NCBI GenBank assembly: GCA_963666275.2 | Contig: CAXXOA010000001.1 | Location: 928,001 to 992,000, forward strand | Reading direction: 5' to 3' | DNA: 64,000 bases | From: Oceanispirochaeta sp. | GTDB taxonomy: Bacteria > Spirochaetota > Spirochaetia > DSM-2461 | Shown: in pieces, positions 51,635 through 61,913 of the stretch | Numbering within the stretch: position 1 is the stretch's first letter | Layout: every line of letters begins with the position of its first letter | Notes under the pieces: model-generated | The model's input: only the letters and a program-made list of their open reading frames with translations | Database searches by the model: none | Told to the model about the DNA's origin: nothing | Translations under genes and position numbers: made by a program

Positions 51635-52935
51635 TCTCCCTGCTGCGGTACGGTCAATTTCATACCCGGTACTATGGTGGACTCAAGGGGCATCCCGTTG
51701 CCGGCGGCGATCTCTTCGGGGCTGGTCTTATGGAGCATCGCAATTTTCCACAGAGAATCGCCGGGCTGGACTGTATAAAGCCCTGTCCAGCCGCTTGTAT
51801 CCCCGTCACTGAGATAGCCCGGTTTATCCGGTATGGATAGATCAACAACCGGGACGAGGAGGACCTGACCGATCCTCAGGTAACGACTCTCCACTCCGGG
51901 GTTGTACTCTTTTATATAGGCAATGGGGATCCTGTACCACTCGGCAATTTCCGAAAGGGTATCTCCCGACTGGATACAGTACCTTTTAAATGTGATCAGT
52001 TCAGTGTTCTCCGAGAGGATTTTCTCCACCTGAAGGGAGTATTTCGCAGGTACCTTCAGATAGTATCTGTCTGTGGGAGGAGGAGTGACTCCGTAGTTTA
52101 ACTCCCTGTGGGCATCCATCAGAAGGGGGAGGGGGATCTCCGCTTTTTCCGCAAGACGTCTGAGGTCTACACTCCGGGTCAGGGGGATTCGGGTCCATCC
52201 TTCATGGATCTCCCAGTCCAGAGGGAGTCCGGCCAGTGAGCGGGATTCGCAGAGTATCGCCACCGCTGCCAGTTTGGGGATATAGTTCCCTGTCTCTCTG
52301 GGCAGGAGACCTTTCTCCTTGAGCTGCCAGTAGTCATTCAGGCCGCTGGCACTGACAGTCCTCGTCATTTTATTCAGACCGCAGTTATAGGCTGCCAGAG
52401 CCAGGAGCCAATCCCCGGTTTTCTGATAATTGTATTCCAGTTTATCCAGTGCCCCCTGAGTGGACCGCCAGAAATCCCTTCTGTCGTCCCGCCAGGCATC
52501 CACTGTTATATCGTAGGGATCTATGCTGTTCATCATAAACTGCCATAAACCGGCGGCTCCCGAGCGGGAATAGGCATCTGTTCTGTAGGCGGATTCTATA
52601 AGGGGCAGATAAATGATTTCATAGGGCATCTCTTTTCTTTCAAGTTCGCTCTGTATGAAATCCCAGTAGGGCTGGGCTCTGTCAAGGCATCGGATAAGAT
52701 AGTCCCTTCCCGGGCCTTTACCGAAATATTCAAGATATTCCGCAATGGAGGGGTGATCCAGGACCGGTTGAGTCCATTGGCTTATATGCCTGTGTCTGTC
52801 CTGAACCGGCTGGTTGACCGGAACCTTCCCCGCAGGATGTTCTGTATGAGAAAAACTGCTGATTCGGCTTAATACACCCATCAGCAAAAGTAGTGTCAGA
52901 GACGATTTCCGAAGTATATTCCTGCCCATTCCCAT
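51631..52935 (-). CDS. mltD: MltD-like lytic transglycosylase with two LysM domains
   Basis: LPLIESAY, AAGLWQFM, LALAAYNCG, ETGNYIPK; IQSGDTLSEIA, VQPGDSLWKIA. Confidence 0.9.
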   Translation of the reverse strand: MGMGRNILRKSSLTLLLLMGVLSRISSFSHTEHPAGKVPVNQPVQDRHRHISQWTQPVLDHPSIAEYLEYFGKGPGRDYLIRCLDRAQPYWDFIQSELERKEMPYEIIYLPLIESAYRTDAYSRSGAAGLWQFMMNSIDPYDITVDAWRDDRRDFWRSTQGALDKLEYNYQKTGDWLLALAAYNCGLNKMTRTVSASGLNDYWQLKEKGLLPRETGNYIPKLAAVAILCESRSLAGLPLDWEIHEGWTRIPLTRSVDLRRLAEKAEIPLPLLMDAHRELNYGVTPPPTDRYYLKVPAKYSLQVEKILSENTELITFKRYCIQSGDTLSEIAEWYRIPIAYIKEYNPGVESRYLRIGQVLLVPVVDLSIPDKPGYLSDGDTSGWTGLYTVQPGDSLWKIAMLHKTSPEEIAAGNGMPLESTIVPGMKLTVPQQGE

Positions 52936-53942
52936 CTACCGTTGATTTCCGGATCAATCGGATATCTGATACGTTTAAAATAGAGGTACCAGATGTTGAT
53001 CCTGTAGGACCATCCGCCGGTTCTCAGGTACGCTTCTTCTTCATTGGCACCTGGTTCCAGATTTCTATTATACCAGACAGAGGATTTCAGGAAATACCCC
53101 AGCTCCATGGGGATCTGGGTAAAGGGGTCGTAACGGTCCTGTCCCCAGCTCATCATGAAAAAATCTTCTGCCTTATATACATTTAATCGGCTGCTGCTTC
53201 TTGTGTAGATAGCATATTTTATGGAATTCACAAGACTGTCCAGAGACTCTCTTGTCCAGTCTTTCCTGGAATAGTGGAATTTCAGATAATGACTGACCTC
53301 ATTATAGACATTCGGTTCCCCCGGTATTGTGGTCACCGGTGCTTCCAGGAATTTGGTATAACTGTCGATTGATTCCTCCCAGAGTCCTTCTTCTTCGTAG
53401 GCTCTGGCCAGTCTGTAGAGGATCAGTCCCCGGTCTATATCTGAAGGGAACCGGGATATGAGTTCCTGATAATAGTCTATTTTCTGAAGAGTCGGAGGAT
53501 TGCCGGCAATCAGTTTGTTCAGAGTATACAGATGGATGGAACTGCCTTTGATAATAAGGTCATCAAAGTAGGTCAGCTGTCTGTTGAAATAGACAGAGGC
53601 CGTCTCCCATGCTCCTTCTTCTTCGTAGAGAGTTCCCAGAACGAGGATGTAATAGCAGTTGTAGCTGTCCTGAGGATATTCCCGTATGTACTGATTGAGA
53701 AAGAGCTTGAGTTCCTCTGTGTGATTACCATTCCGGTAGAGGGATATGAGCTGTTCCATGAGTCCGTAGCGCTGTACCTCTCCCGTCTGATTCGGGAGCA
53801 TTTCATAAAGACTCTGGATTTTCTGATCCGTTTCTCTGTTTCCGGTCATCCACAGGGGGGACTGTTCCCGGCTCAGGCATCCTGAAAGGCCTGTGATCAG
53901 AACAAGTATCAGCAGAAAGGGATAAAACTTACGATCTTTCAT
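52896..53942 (-). CDS. TPR lipoprotein
   Basis: lipobox LSGC; TPR-like helices; aromatic C-terminal domain. Confidence 0.8.
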   Translation of the reverse strand: MKDRKFYPFLLILVLITGLSGCLSREQSPLWMTGNRETDQKIQSLYEMLPNQTGEVQRYGLMEQLISLYRNGNHTEELKLFLNQYIREYPQDSYNCYYILVLGTLYEEEGAWETASVYFNRQLTYFDDLIIKGSSIHLYTLNKLIAGNPPTLQKIDYYQELISRFPSDIDRGLILYRLARAYEEEGLWEESIDSYTKFLEAPVTTIPGEPNVYNEVSHYLKFHYSRKDWTRESLDSLVNSIKYAIYTRSSSRLNVYKAEDFFMMSWGQDRYDPFTQIPMELGYFLKSSVWYNRNLEPGANEEEAYLRTGGWSYRINIWYLYFKRIRYPIDPEINGRWEWAGIYFGNRL

Positions 53943-54037
53943 TTTGAGATGATAATATCACAGGCCGGGGAGATGGGACAAGGAGCGTTTTGGCGAAAAC
54001 CTCCCTGACCCGGACCTTCCCCGGGGCTGTCTGAAAA

Positions 54038-55228
54038 CTAAAATCCTTCGAGCTTCAGAAATGCCTGATTGAACTCCTCGGTATGATCGATATCCGTACC
54101 CGCACCCTGCCACAGAGGTTCTTTTCCTCCGCCGTTACCGTTTATAAGGGGCAGGCATTTCTCACGGAACTGCTCAAAATGAAAACTCCGGTCCCGGGGA
54201 AGATAGAGAGCCCACTGCAGGCGGTTCTCTATCTTCATTGTCAGGAGAAAAGAGATGCCCTCCAGCTGGCTCAGTTTTTTCACAACCTGCCGGAACAGGC
54301 CGGGAGAGCCTTCGGGAATCTCATGAGCAATCAGAGGGGGATAGTGAGTGATGGATTCACTCAGGCTTTTCACCAGGGATTCGGCTGAAAGGTCTTCCAG
54401 TTTCTGAAGTTCATCATTCATGGCTTTTTTCTCCTTCAAAACTTGTTCTATACGGTTTATCAGAGCATCCGTTTCCGCGCTGAGCAGCGTTCCCGCCCGG
54501 GCGGATATGTCATGCTTCTGTCTGTAATCTCTGTAGGCGGGAGTTCCTATCTTCCAGTATAAGCGCAGACGACCGCGGATTCTTTCATTTCCTGTGTATT
54601 TTATAAGTCCCAGCTCCCCTGTCCGGTTGACATGCACACCTGCGCAGGCTGCGGTGTCCAGATCTCCGATCTGAACGAGTCTTATATTTTCCTGTTTATC
54701 TGTTGCCCGGCGGATATGGAAGCGTTCCAGTTCCTCTCTGTCCCTGAGAACCATGGTGGTGACGGGATGATTTTCTCTGACGGCTCTGTTGGCCAGATCT
54801 TCAATGCTCTCCAGTTCCCGGGGGGACAGATCCTCCCTGTCGATCTCTATGGTTGTAGAGTCCTCCCCCAGATGGACAGAAAGGGTATTGATTTCAAAGA
54901 GGGATTTCAAAGCCCAGGAGAGAAGATGCTGTCCTGTATGCTGCACCATGAAATGGTAGCGGTACTCCCAGTCCAGCCGGCCCTTCAGCTCCTTCTGTCC
55001 GGGATCTGATGAAAGGATGTGTATGATCCCCTCATCGGATTTCAGAACATCCTCCACGGTCAGACCCGAAAGGGTCCCCCTGTCGGACGGCTGTCCTCCT
55101 CCCCGGGGATAAAAGAGTGTTCTGTCCAGTGTTATGCGCCATTTCCCGCTCTCTTTTTCACGGGAGATCACTGAGGCGGAAAATTCTGTTTCATAAGGTG
55201 TCTGATAATAGAGTGGTGCCGTGGTCAT
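54038..55228 (-). CDS. AlaX-type tRNA editing protein with DHHA1/C-Ala domain
   Basis: LDRTLFYPRGGGQPSDRG, HTGQH, CAGVHV, GNGGG. Confidence 0.92.
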   Translation of the reverse strand: MTTAPLYYQTPYETEFSASVISREKESGKWRITLDRTLFYPRGGGQPSDRGTLSGLTVEDVLKSDEGIIHILSSDPGQKELKGRLDWEYRYHFMVQHTGQHLLSWALKSLFEINTLSVHLGEDSTTIEIDREDLSPRELESIEDLANRAVRENHPVTTMVLRDREELERFHIRRATDKQENIRLVQIGDLDTAACAGVHVNRTGELGLIKYTGNERIRGRLRLYWKIGTPAYRDYRQKHDISARAGTLLSAETDALINRIEQVLKEKKAMNDELQKLEDLSAESLVKSLSESITHYPPLIAHEIPEGSPGLFRQVVKKLSQLEGISFLLTMKIENRLQWALYLPRDRSFHFEQFREKCLPLINGNGGGKEPLWQGAGTDIDHTEEFNQAFLKLEGF

Positions 55229-55397
55229 ATATAAAAGATATCAGATGAAAAGCCCGGGTGAAAGAATATTTATCCCTCCGGGCATAGTGAAAATTCACTA
55301 ATTTTGCCTGTTATTCCGAAAACAGGCAGGAATGCCGGGTATGTCTTATAATTAAAAATATCAGAACGCCTGGTGACGTCTGTTCAGGAGGAGCTCT

Positions 55398-55769
55398 ATG
55401 GAAAGTCGGAAAATGGATCATCTGATTAAACTGGAAGAGGCGGGACTGTTTATTGTGACAGTCTATCTGTTCTTCCAGCTGGATTACCCCTGGTGGCTCT
55501 TTCCTCTCCTGCTTTTTCTTCCGGATGTGAGTATCCTCGGGTATATGGTCAATGAAACCACAGGAGCCTATATCTATAATTTTCTGCATCACCGGGGAAT
55601 TGCGGTTATCCTTTATATGGGAGGTGTTCTCCTGACTCAGCCCCTGATGTCCCTGATCGGTCTTATCCTTTTTGCCCACTCCTCTCTGGACCGGATATTC
55701 GGATACGGTCTCAAGCATACAACCGGATTCAGTCATACCCACCTGGGCAGGATCGGCAAAGGGAAATAG
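55398..55769 (+). CDS. DUF4260-like membrane protein
   Basis: LEE...PDVSILGY...YNFLHH...AHSSLDRIFGYGLK...FSHTHLG. Confidence 0.85.
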   Translation: MESRKMDHLIKLEEAGLFIVTVYLFFQLDYPWWLFPLLLFLPDVSILGYMVNETTGAYIYNFLHHRGIAVILYMGGVLLTQPLMSLIGLILFAHSSLDRIFGYGLKHTTGFSHTHLGRIGKGK

Positions 55770-55834
55770 AGAGCCCGGCTCTTCCGGCCTCCCTGAGAAT
55801 TGACTTCCTCTGAAGTGTGGCTACAATAGACTGT

Positions 55835-56680
55835 ATGAATAATACAAAAGATAAAATCCCATTTCCGGGAATTGTGGCTGTGGATCTGGACGGCACACTT
55901 CTCAGGAGTGATCTCACCATAAGCGACAGGACCGTGGAAGCCTTTCACAGGATCCGTGAAAAGGGGAGTGTCCCTGTGATCAGCACCGGCAGAAGCTACG
56001 AAGCGGTTGCTGCGATTCAGAAGCGTCTGGATCTGGATACTCCGGTCATCTGCTACAACGGAGCCATGATCTGCGACGGACGGGACGGGCGGGTTCTGCA
56101 CGAGCTGCGGCTGCCTTCGGATGTTGCCAGAGGGGTACTGGCGGAAGCCAGGAAACGGGATCTTCACTACCAGGGATTCCTGGAGGGACAGCTCTATTAT
56201 GAGAAAAAACGGGAAGAGACCGACTACTATGAAGCCCAGACCGGTCTGACCGGAAAAGTCGTGAACTTTGATGACTGGGATGTCCTGGAATTCACAAAAG
56301 TTCTCCTCATCGCTAATCCCGGAAGAGAGTCCCGCTTGTGGCCCGAACTGACGGAAATGCAGGAGTTCGCGTCTGAAACCTTCGGAAGCAGGGTTTATAC
56401 GGCATTCTCCAAACCCTTCTACCTGGAGATGATCCATGGGGAAAGTTCCAAAGGACATGCGCTGAAGCAGCTGGGAGCTGATCTGGGGGTGCCCCGGGAA
56501 GCCATTGCCGCCTTCGGGGACGGATTCAATGATCTTGAGATGCTCTCCTATGCGGGCATCTCTGTCGCCATGGGCAACTCTCCCGATGAGGTCAGGGAAC
56601 AGACCCTTTACACCACTTCAGGGAATGATGAGGACGGGATTGCCCGGTTTCTGGAGGAGCATTTTCTCCGGGAGGGGTGA
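55835..56680 (+). CDS. Cof-type HAD-IIB hydrolase
   Basis: DLDGTLL, STGR, YNGA, SKG, FGDGFNDLEML, AMGN. Confidence 0.94.
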   Translation: MNNTKDKIPFPGIVAVDLDGTLLRSDLTISDRTVEAFHRIREKGSVPVISTGRSYEAVAAIQKRLDLDTPVICYNGAMICDGRDGRVLHELRLPSDVARGVLAEARKRDLHYQGFLEGQLYYEKKREETDYYEAQTGLTGKVVNFDDWDVLEFTKVLLIANPGRESRLWPELTEMQEFASETFGSRVYTAFSKPFYLEMIHGESSKGHALKQLGADLGVPREAIAAFGDGFNDLEMLSYAGISVAMGNSPDEVREQTLYTTSGNDEDGIARFLEEHFLREG

Positions 56681-56684
56681 AAAT

Positions 56685-56921
56685 TCAGAACAGGATTTCT
56701 TCGGGATATTTTCTGCGGAGAATCTCGATGACTTTCAGCATATCCACCTGATATTTTGTAAAGACATCCAGCTCCAGATGGAGATCCATCAGATCCCGGC
56801 CCTGGCGGACGCCGTTCATAATATAGTTCAGTTCCATATCCGAAAGGAGATGGGATATCTGCTGCCAGGCTGCCATCTGTATCTCTTCTCTCTGCTGTTC
56901 TATCCAGTCCTGAATGGTCAT
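56685..56921 (-). CDS. small hypothetical protein
   Basis: fills the gap between genes; helical composition; TATTCT 6 nt upstream. Confidence 0.65.
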   Translation of the reverse strand: MTIQDWIEQQREEIQMAAWQQISHLLSDMELNYIMNGVRQGRDLMDLHLELDVFTKYQVDMLKVIEILRRKYPEEILF

Positions 56922-57010
56922 AGAGGCAGAATAGCCTCTTTTCGAAGAGGATGTAAAGGATTAGACTTTGTAAGAGATCATGATCCAATGCTTCAGGGAG
57001 ACCTTATTGT

Positions 57011-57493
57011 ATGATTCCGGAAAAATTTATCAGCGGCCTTGATGAGCTGTGCATAGATGCTTCCAGTATGATTTATCTTCTGAAAACAGGGCTTCTGGGC
57101 TCTCTGGCGGCGGAGGTTAAACTCCTGGCACCTCCGGGGGTCATCGCCGAAACCGACTGGCCCCATCTGCCTGTGGAGGCTGTGGCGCCAGGGGATGAAG
57201 ATGCGGAGCTCTACACCAATGACCAGAGCCTGGTTGTGCTGGCCCGGGAAAGGAACAGCCCTGTGCTTTCCGAGGATTATGAAGTTCTGATGGATGCCCG
57301 GGAAAACAGCCTGGACTATTTCAATACCCTGATGATGCTGAACTATCTGCTCCTGAAGGGGCGGATTCAAAAAGAGGAATATCCCCTTTATCTGGAAAGG
57401 CTGAAAGAGTGCTCCCACTACAGTGAGAGGGTTCTCCGGGAGGGAGAACTTGTTCATCAGGAGGTTCTGACCTATATTGAAACCCATGCATGA
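57011..57493 (+). CDS. PIN-like domain protein
   Basis: CIDASSMI, VIAE, NDQSLV, VLSED acidic pattern; GGGGAG RBS. Confidence 0.55.
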   Translation: MIPEKFISGLDELCIDASSMIYLLKTGLLGSLAAEVKLLAPPGVIAETDWPHLPVEAVAPGDEDAELYTNDQSLVVLARERNSPVLSEDYEVLMDARENSLDYFNTLMMLNYLLLKGRIQKEEYPLYLERLKECSHYSERVLREGELVHQEVLTYIETHA

Positions 57494-58832
57494 TCACAAA
57501 AAGACCTTTGAAACCGATTCTATAGGACGTCTCCTGTTTAAAATGTCCCTTCCCGCTATGGTGGGGATGATGGCCAATGCTCTCTACAATCTGGTGGATA
57601 CCATTTTTGTCGGACAGGGTGTGGGATCCCATGGTATCGGCGGGCTAACCATCGCTTTTCCCATTCAGGCCCTGATCGGGGCTCTGGGGCTGACGTTCGG
57701 AACAGGCGCCGCGTCTATCATCTCCCGGAGGTTGGGAGAGAAAGATCCCGACACTGCCGCCAGGACCGCTGTCACGGCTTTTACCCTTGCCTTTCTGGCA
57801 AGCACTGTCATATTCCTGGGAGGAGAGATCTTTATCGATCCCCTGCTGAAGATCTTCGGTGCCACCGAAACACTCCTTCCCTATGCCCGGATCTATATGA
57901 GGATTATCCTGATAGGATCCTTCTTCCTGTCGGCAGCTATGGTGGGCAATAATGTCGTCCGTGCGGAAGGACAGCCTAAAATAGCCATGTTTACCATGAT
58001 GATCGGGGCAGGGCTGAATATCATCCTGGACCCGGTTTTTATTTTCGTCCTCCACATGGGGATTCAGGGCGCCGCTCTGGCAACCATTATCAGTCAGGCA
58101 TTCTCGGCTCTTTTCATACTGCGGTTTATGATAACGGGAAAGAGCCATCTCCCTTTAAAAGGGGAGTACCTGAAACTGAAGCTTCCTCTGGTCCTTGAAA
58201 TCTGCTCTCTGGGGATGCCCACCTTTATAAGGCAGGCAGGGCTGAGTTTTCTGGCGCTGGTCCTCAATAATGTTCTGAAAGTCTACGGGGGAGATCTGGG
58301 GATCGCCACCTACGGCATGATAAACAGGCTCTTTATGTTCACCCTTATGCCCGTATTCGGCGTTGTTCAGGGGTATCAGCCCATTGCGGGTTACAGTTAC
58401 GGTGCCAAACTCAGGGAACGCCTGGCGGAAGTGAACAAAAAAGGCATACAGGCCACCACACTGATGTCCTTCGGCGGATTCCTTGTTCTGGAGCTGTTTG
58501 CCCCCTTTCTGATCTCCGTTTTTACTCGTGATACTGAACTGATTGCCATGGCTGTCCCTTCTCTGCGGATTGCCTGTCTCTGTATATGGCTTCTGGGATT
58601 TCAGGTCATCGGTTCCACATTCTTTATGAGTATAGGCCGGGCCATGCCCGCCTTTTTTCTGGGACTTTCCAGACAGTTCGTCTTCCTGATTCCCCTGGTT
58701 CTGATCATTCCCCGGTTTCTGGGACTGAGGGGGGTATGGATCGCTCTTCCTCTGGCGGATCTGCTCTCTACCATCCTTACGGTGGTATGGTTTTATGCGG
58801 CCTGGAAAAATCTGAAGTTCCGCGAAAATTAA
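57477..58832 (+). CDS. MATE efflux transporter (MepA-like)
   Basis: LYNLVDTIFVG, RAEG, NIILDPVFI, GAALATIISQ, QPIAGYSYGA. Confidence 0.94.
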   Translation: MKPMHDHKKTFETDSIGRLLFKMSLPAMVGMMANALYNLVDTIFVGQGVGSHGIGGLTIAFPIQALIGALGLTFGTGAASIISRRLGEKDPDTAARTAVTAFTLAFLASTVIFLGGEIFIDPLLKIFGATETLLPYARIYMRIILIGSFFLSAAMVGNNVVRAEGQPKIAMFTMMIGAGLNIILDPVFIFVLHMGIQGAALATIISQAFSALFILRFMITGKSHLPLKGEYLKLKLPLVLEICSLGMPTFIRQAGLSFLALVLNNVLKVYGGDLGIATYGMINRLFMFTLMPVFGVVQGYQPIAGYSYGAKLRERLAEVNKKGIQATTLMSFGGFLVLELFAPFLISVFTRDTELIAMAVPSLRIACLCIWLLGFQVIGSTFFMSIGRAMPAFFLGLSRQFVFLIPLVLIIPRFLGLRGVWIALPLADLLSTILTVVWFYAAWKNLKFREN

Positions 58833-58916
58833 TGCCCGGTGTTTACAATAGAACTATATTCCGGTTACATTTCATCCGAAAATTAAGAAATATTAAGAAA
58901 TTATCAAGGAGTTATT

Positions 58917-59426
58917 ATGAAAAATCATAAAGCTGTTGCAGCTATACTCATATTGCTTATGCTTCCGGTTGCGGCTTTTTCCGCTACCGGTCTGGGTGCT
59001 GCCTTTACCTACGGACTTTCCCACGGGGACAATCACACAGGAGGAGCATTGAGTATCAATTCCCCTCTGATCCCCGGAACAGTTCAGAATGTGTCCTTCT
59101 CCTTCAATTCGGACTACTTCAATTTCAGTCTCTCCGATGACTGGTGGGTGATTCAGGAAAACCTGGCCAACACCCTGGATCTGTACATCGGACTGGGATT
59201 TTACGCCGGCGTCGCCCGGTATGAAGAGACCAAGGATGACAAAACAGATACAACCTACGACTTCGGTCTGGGAGCACGGGTTCCTGTCGGTCTGACCATG
59301 ATGCCCATAGACTTTGCCGAGCTGTTTTTCGAGATTGCTCCCGCCATGGGGCTGGGATTTGAACCGGAACTCTATTTTCCGTCCTGGTATGTTCAGGGAG
59401 CCCTAGGATTCCGTCTCTGGTTCTAA
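58917..59426 (+). CDS. small outer-membrane beta-barrel (DUF3996-like)
   Basis: signal peptide; LYIGLG, GARVPVG, ELFFEIAP; C-terminal GFRLWF. Confidence 0.75.
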   Translation: MKNHKAVAAILILLMLPVAAFSATGLGAAFTYGLSHGDNHTGGALSINSPLIPGTVQNVSFSFNSDYFNFSLSDDWWVIQENLANTLDLYIGLGFYAGVARYEETKDDKTDTTYDFGLGARVPVGLTMMPIDFAELFFEIAPAMGLGFEPELYFPSWYVQGALGFRLWF

Positions 59427-59921
59427 AGCCAGTTCCCAGTAACCCACATCGATCCAGCGGGAGAATTTATATCCCGTTTCGCTGAGGTGGGCGACTTTTT
59501 TGAAACCGAGTTTTTCATGGAGTCTCTGACTTCCCGGGTTGGGCAGGGCTACCACACCGTACACTCTGTGGTAGCCTTTCTGCTCCATCTGTTTAACAAG
59601 TTCCCTGTAGAGGGCCTCTCCCGCACCCGTCCGGGTTGCGGATCTGTCCACATAGATGGTGGATTCACAGGAGTGGGAGTAGGCCTTTCTGACCCTCCAC
59701 TGACTGGTATAGGCATAGCCTATCAGTTCTCCGTCTTTTTCCGCTGCAATCCACGGAAATCCGCCGCCTGTGATCTTCTCCATTCTTGAGGCGATCTCTT
59801 CGGGAGTGATGGTTTCCTCTTCAAAGGTAATAACAGTTTCTTTAATATAGTAGTTGTATATTTCGCAGATACGCCGGGCGTCTTCTTTCCTTGCCGGCCG
59901 TATGGTCAGTTGGTTCTTCAT
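59403..59921 (-). CDS. GNAT N-acetyltransferase (phosphinothricin/ArsN-like)
   Basis: IYNYYI...ITFEE, GYAY, STIYV, LPNPGS, HEKLGF, GYKFSRWIDVGYW. Confidence 0.9.
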   Translation of the reverse strand: MKNQLTIRPARKEDARRICEIYNYYIKETVITFEEETITPEEIASRMEKITGGGFPWIAAEKDGELIGYAYTSQWRVRKAYSHSCESTIYVDRSATRTGAGEALYRELVKQMEQKGYHRVYGVVALPNPGSQRLHEKLGFKKVAHLSETGYKFSRWIDVGYWELALEPETES

Positions 59922-59997
59922 CTCTGCAGTTTATCCATATCTGCGCTGTTTAGGCAAATACTTTTCGTATCCGCCGGATTCGGTTAGAATACAGGGT

Positions 59998-60471
59998 ATG
60001 GTAAAACCTTTTATTTCCGTTCTATTTCTGCTTGTCTGCAGCCTCTCTTCTCTGGCCGCTTCGGATGGATTTCCCGACTCTCTTTTCGGGGGCTATCAGG
60101 ACTATCTGGGCAATACCCCCGACCAGGTCATTCAGACCCTGGGGGCGCCTGATAACATGATGGTTTATCAGGGCCAGGAGGATGCCTTCGGGAGTGTGGT
60201 ATTTGAATATGACGATTCGCCAACCCTGTTCTGGATAGACAACAGAGTATGGCAGCTCAGGCTGGACAGGGACTTCCTTCTGGCAAATATTCCCGCCCTG
60301 TCTGAGATTACAAGAGACTCCCTCCTGCGGGACGGGAGCTCTCCCTATCTTCAGGAGGAGGATCTTCTTGTCTTCAACCTTGAGGACGCTGCATTTCCCA
60401 CAGGATGCGCTTTCTATTTCTCCCAGGAGGGAATCCTGGAGGATCTTTATATTTTCAGGAGAGATTACTGA
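59998..60471 (+). CDS. exported hypothetical protein
   Basis: signal peptide from ATG 59998; TGATG overlap with aroD-aroE. Confidence 0.7.
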   Translation: MVKPFISVLFLLVCSLSSLAASDGFPDSLFGGYQDYLGNTPDQVIQTLGAPDNMMVYQGQEDAFGSVVFEYDDSPTLFWIDNRVWQLRLDRDFLLANIPALSEITRDSLLRDGSSPYLQEEDLLVFNLEDAAFPTGCAFYFSQEGILEDLYIFRRDY

Positions 60472-61913
60472 TGACCCGACTCTGTCTTACCCTGACCGGA
60501 AAAACTCTGGAGGAGAATCTATCCCTTCTGAATGATCTCAAACCGGATCTTGCAGAACTCAGGATCGATCTGCTGGAGACCATAGAGGCTGAGGAGATCG
60601 CTCTTTTTCCTGCACAGACCGGGGTTCCTCTGATTCTGACCTGCAGAAAGGAGGAGGACGGCGGTTTGTGGAAGGGTTCCGGCCGGGAGCGGGAGGATCT
60701 CCTGCTCCACTGTATGGACGGGGCCTTTGCCTACATCGATCTGGAAGAGGATGAATACTCGAAGAAGCTTGTGGAGAAGGCCCTGAATACAGGCTGCCTT
60801 GTGATCCGGTCCATCCATGATTTCCAGGCTGTTCCGGATGATCTGCCATCCCGCCTTGAAGCGATGTCCTCACGGGGGGATTTTGTCAAAGCCGCTGTCA
60901 TGCCGAAAGGGATAAAAGACCTGATAAGGATCTTCCGTATCGGCATGGAATGGGAGACAGACAATCTGATTCTTCTGGGAATGGGGGACTTCGGTGTACC
61001 TTCCCGTATCCTGGCATGCCGGGCCGGCAGCTATCTGACCTTCTGTTCCGCCGGAGGAACCCGCTCCGGGGCGCCCGGGCATATGACCCTGGACACTCTG
61101 AGGGATCTCTACAGGGTGGGAGAGATAGACAGGGATACAGAACTGTACGGCATAATAGGGAATCCTGTGCTTCATACCAAATCTCCTCTTATACACAATC
61201 AGGGACTCCGGAAGATAGGCCGGAACGGGGTCTATGTTCCTTTTACAGTGGATGATCCGGAGGATTTCTTTCAGCTGGCCGAGCTGCTGGGACTGAAAGG
61301 CTTTTCCGTAACGGTGCCCCATAAACAGGGGGTCATTCCTTTTCTGGACCATTGCAGCGAAGGGGTGGAAAAAGTGGGCGCCTGCAATACCGTTGTCAGA
61401 GAGTCCGGCGGATGGGCAGGATACAATACGGATGTACACGGCTTCATTGCTCCTCTGAAACAGGAGCTGGGAGATCTGGAAGGGTTGAAAGCCGCGGTTC
61501 TGGGAGCAGGCGGAGCCGCCAGAGCCGTTGTTTATGCCCTTGTGAAAGAGAAGTGCCGAACCCGGGTTTTTAACAGAACCTCTTCAAAAGCGGCCGCCCT
61601 GGCAGAGCATATGGGATGTGAATCCGGATCGCTGGAAGATTTTGCCGCACTGGAGCCGGGCCATTTTGATCTTATCGTTCAAACCACCAGTTCCGGGATG
61701 GAAGGGGCGTCGGGTCCGGACAATCCGGTTCCCGCCTATTCCTTCAGAGGGGATGAAGTCCTTTATGATATTATCTACACCCCTCCGGTCACCGGGCTTA
61801 TGAAAAAAGCAGCAGACGCGGGATGCCGGGTTCTGGGAGGATGGCCCATGCTTGTGGAGCAGGCGAGAGAGCAGTTCCGTCTGTTTACCCGTGAGGAACT
61901 GCCTGAAAACTAA
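60471..61913 (+). CDS. aroE: bifunctional type I 3-dehydroquinate dehydratase / shikimate dehydrogenase (AroD-AroE)
   Basis: ELRID, ILTCR, SIHDF, VKAA, APGH; GNPVLHTKSP, VTVPHK, NTD, LGAGGAARA. Confidence 0.93.
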   Translation: MTRLCLTLTGKTLEENLSLLNDLKPDLAELRIDLLETIEAEEIALFPAQTGVPLILTCRKEEDGGLWKGSGREREDLLLHCMDGAFAYIDLEEDEYSKKLVEKALNTGCLVIRSIHDFQAVPDDLPSRLEAMSSRGDFVKAAVMPKGIKDLIRIFRIGMEWETDNLILLGMGDFGVPSRILACRAGSYLTFCSAGGTRSGAPGHMTLDTLRDLYRVGEIDRDTELYGIIGNPVLHTKSPLIHNQGLRKIGRNGVYVPFTVDDPEDFFQLAELLGLKGFSVTVPHKQGVIPFLDHCSEGVEKVGACNTVVRESGGWAGYNTDVHGFIAPLKQELGDLEGLKAAVLGAGGAARAVVYALVKEKCRTRVFNRTSSKAAALAEHMGCESGSLEDFAALEPGHFDLIVQTTSSGMEGASGPDNPVPAYSFRGDEVLYDIIYTPPVTGLMKKAADAGCRVLGGWPMLVEQAREQFRLFTREELPEN

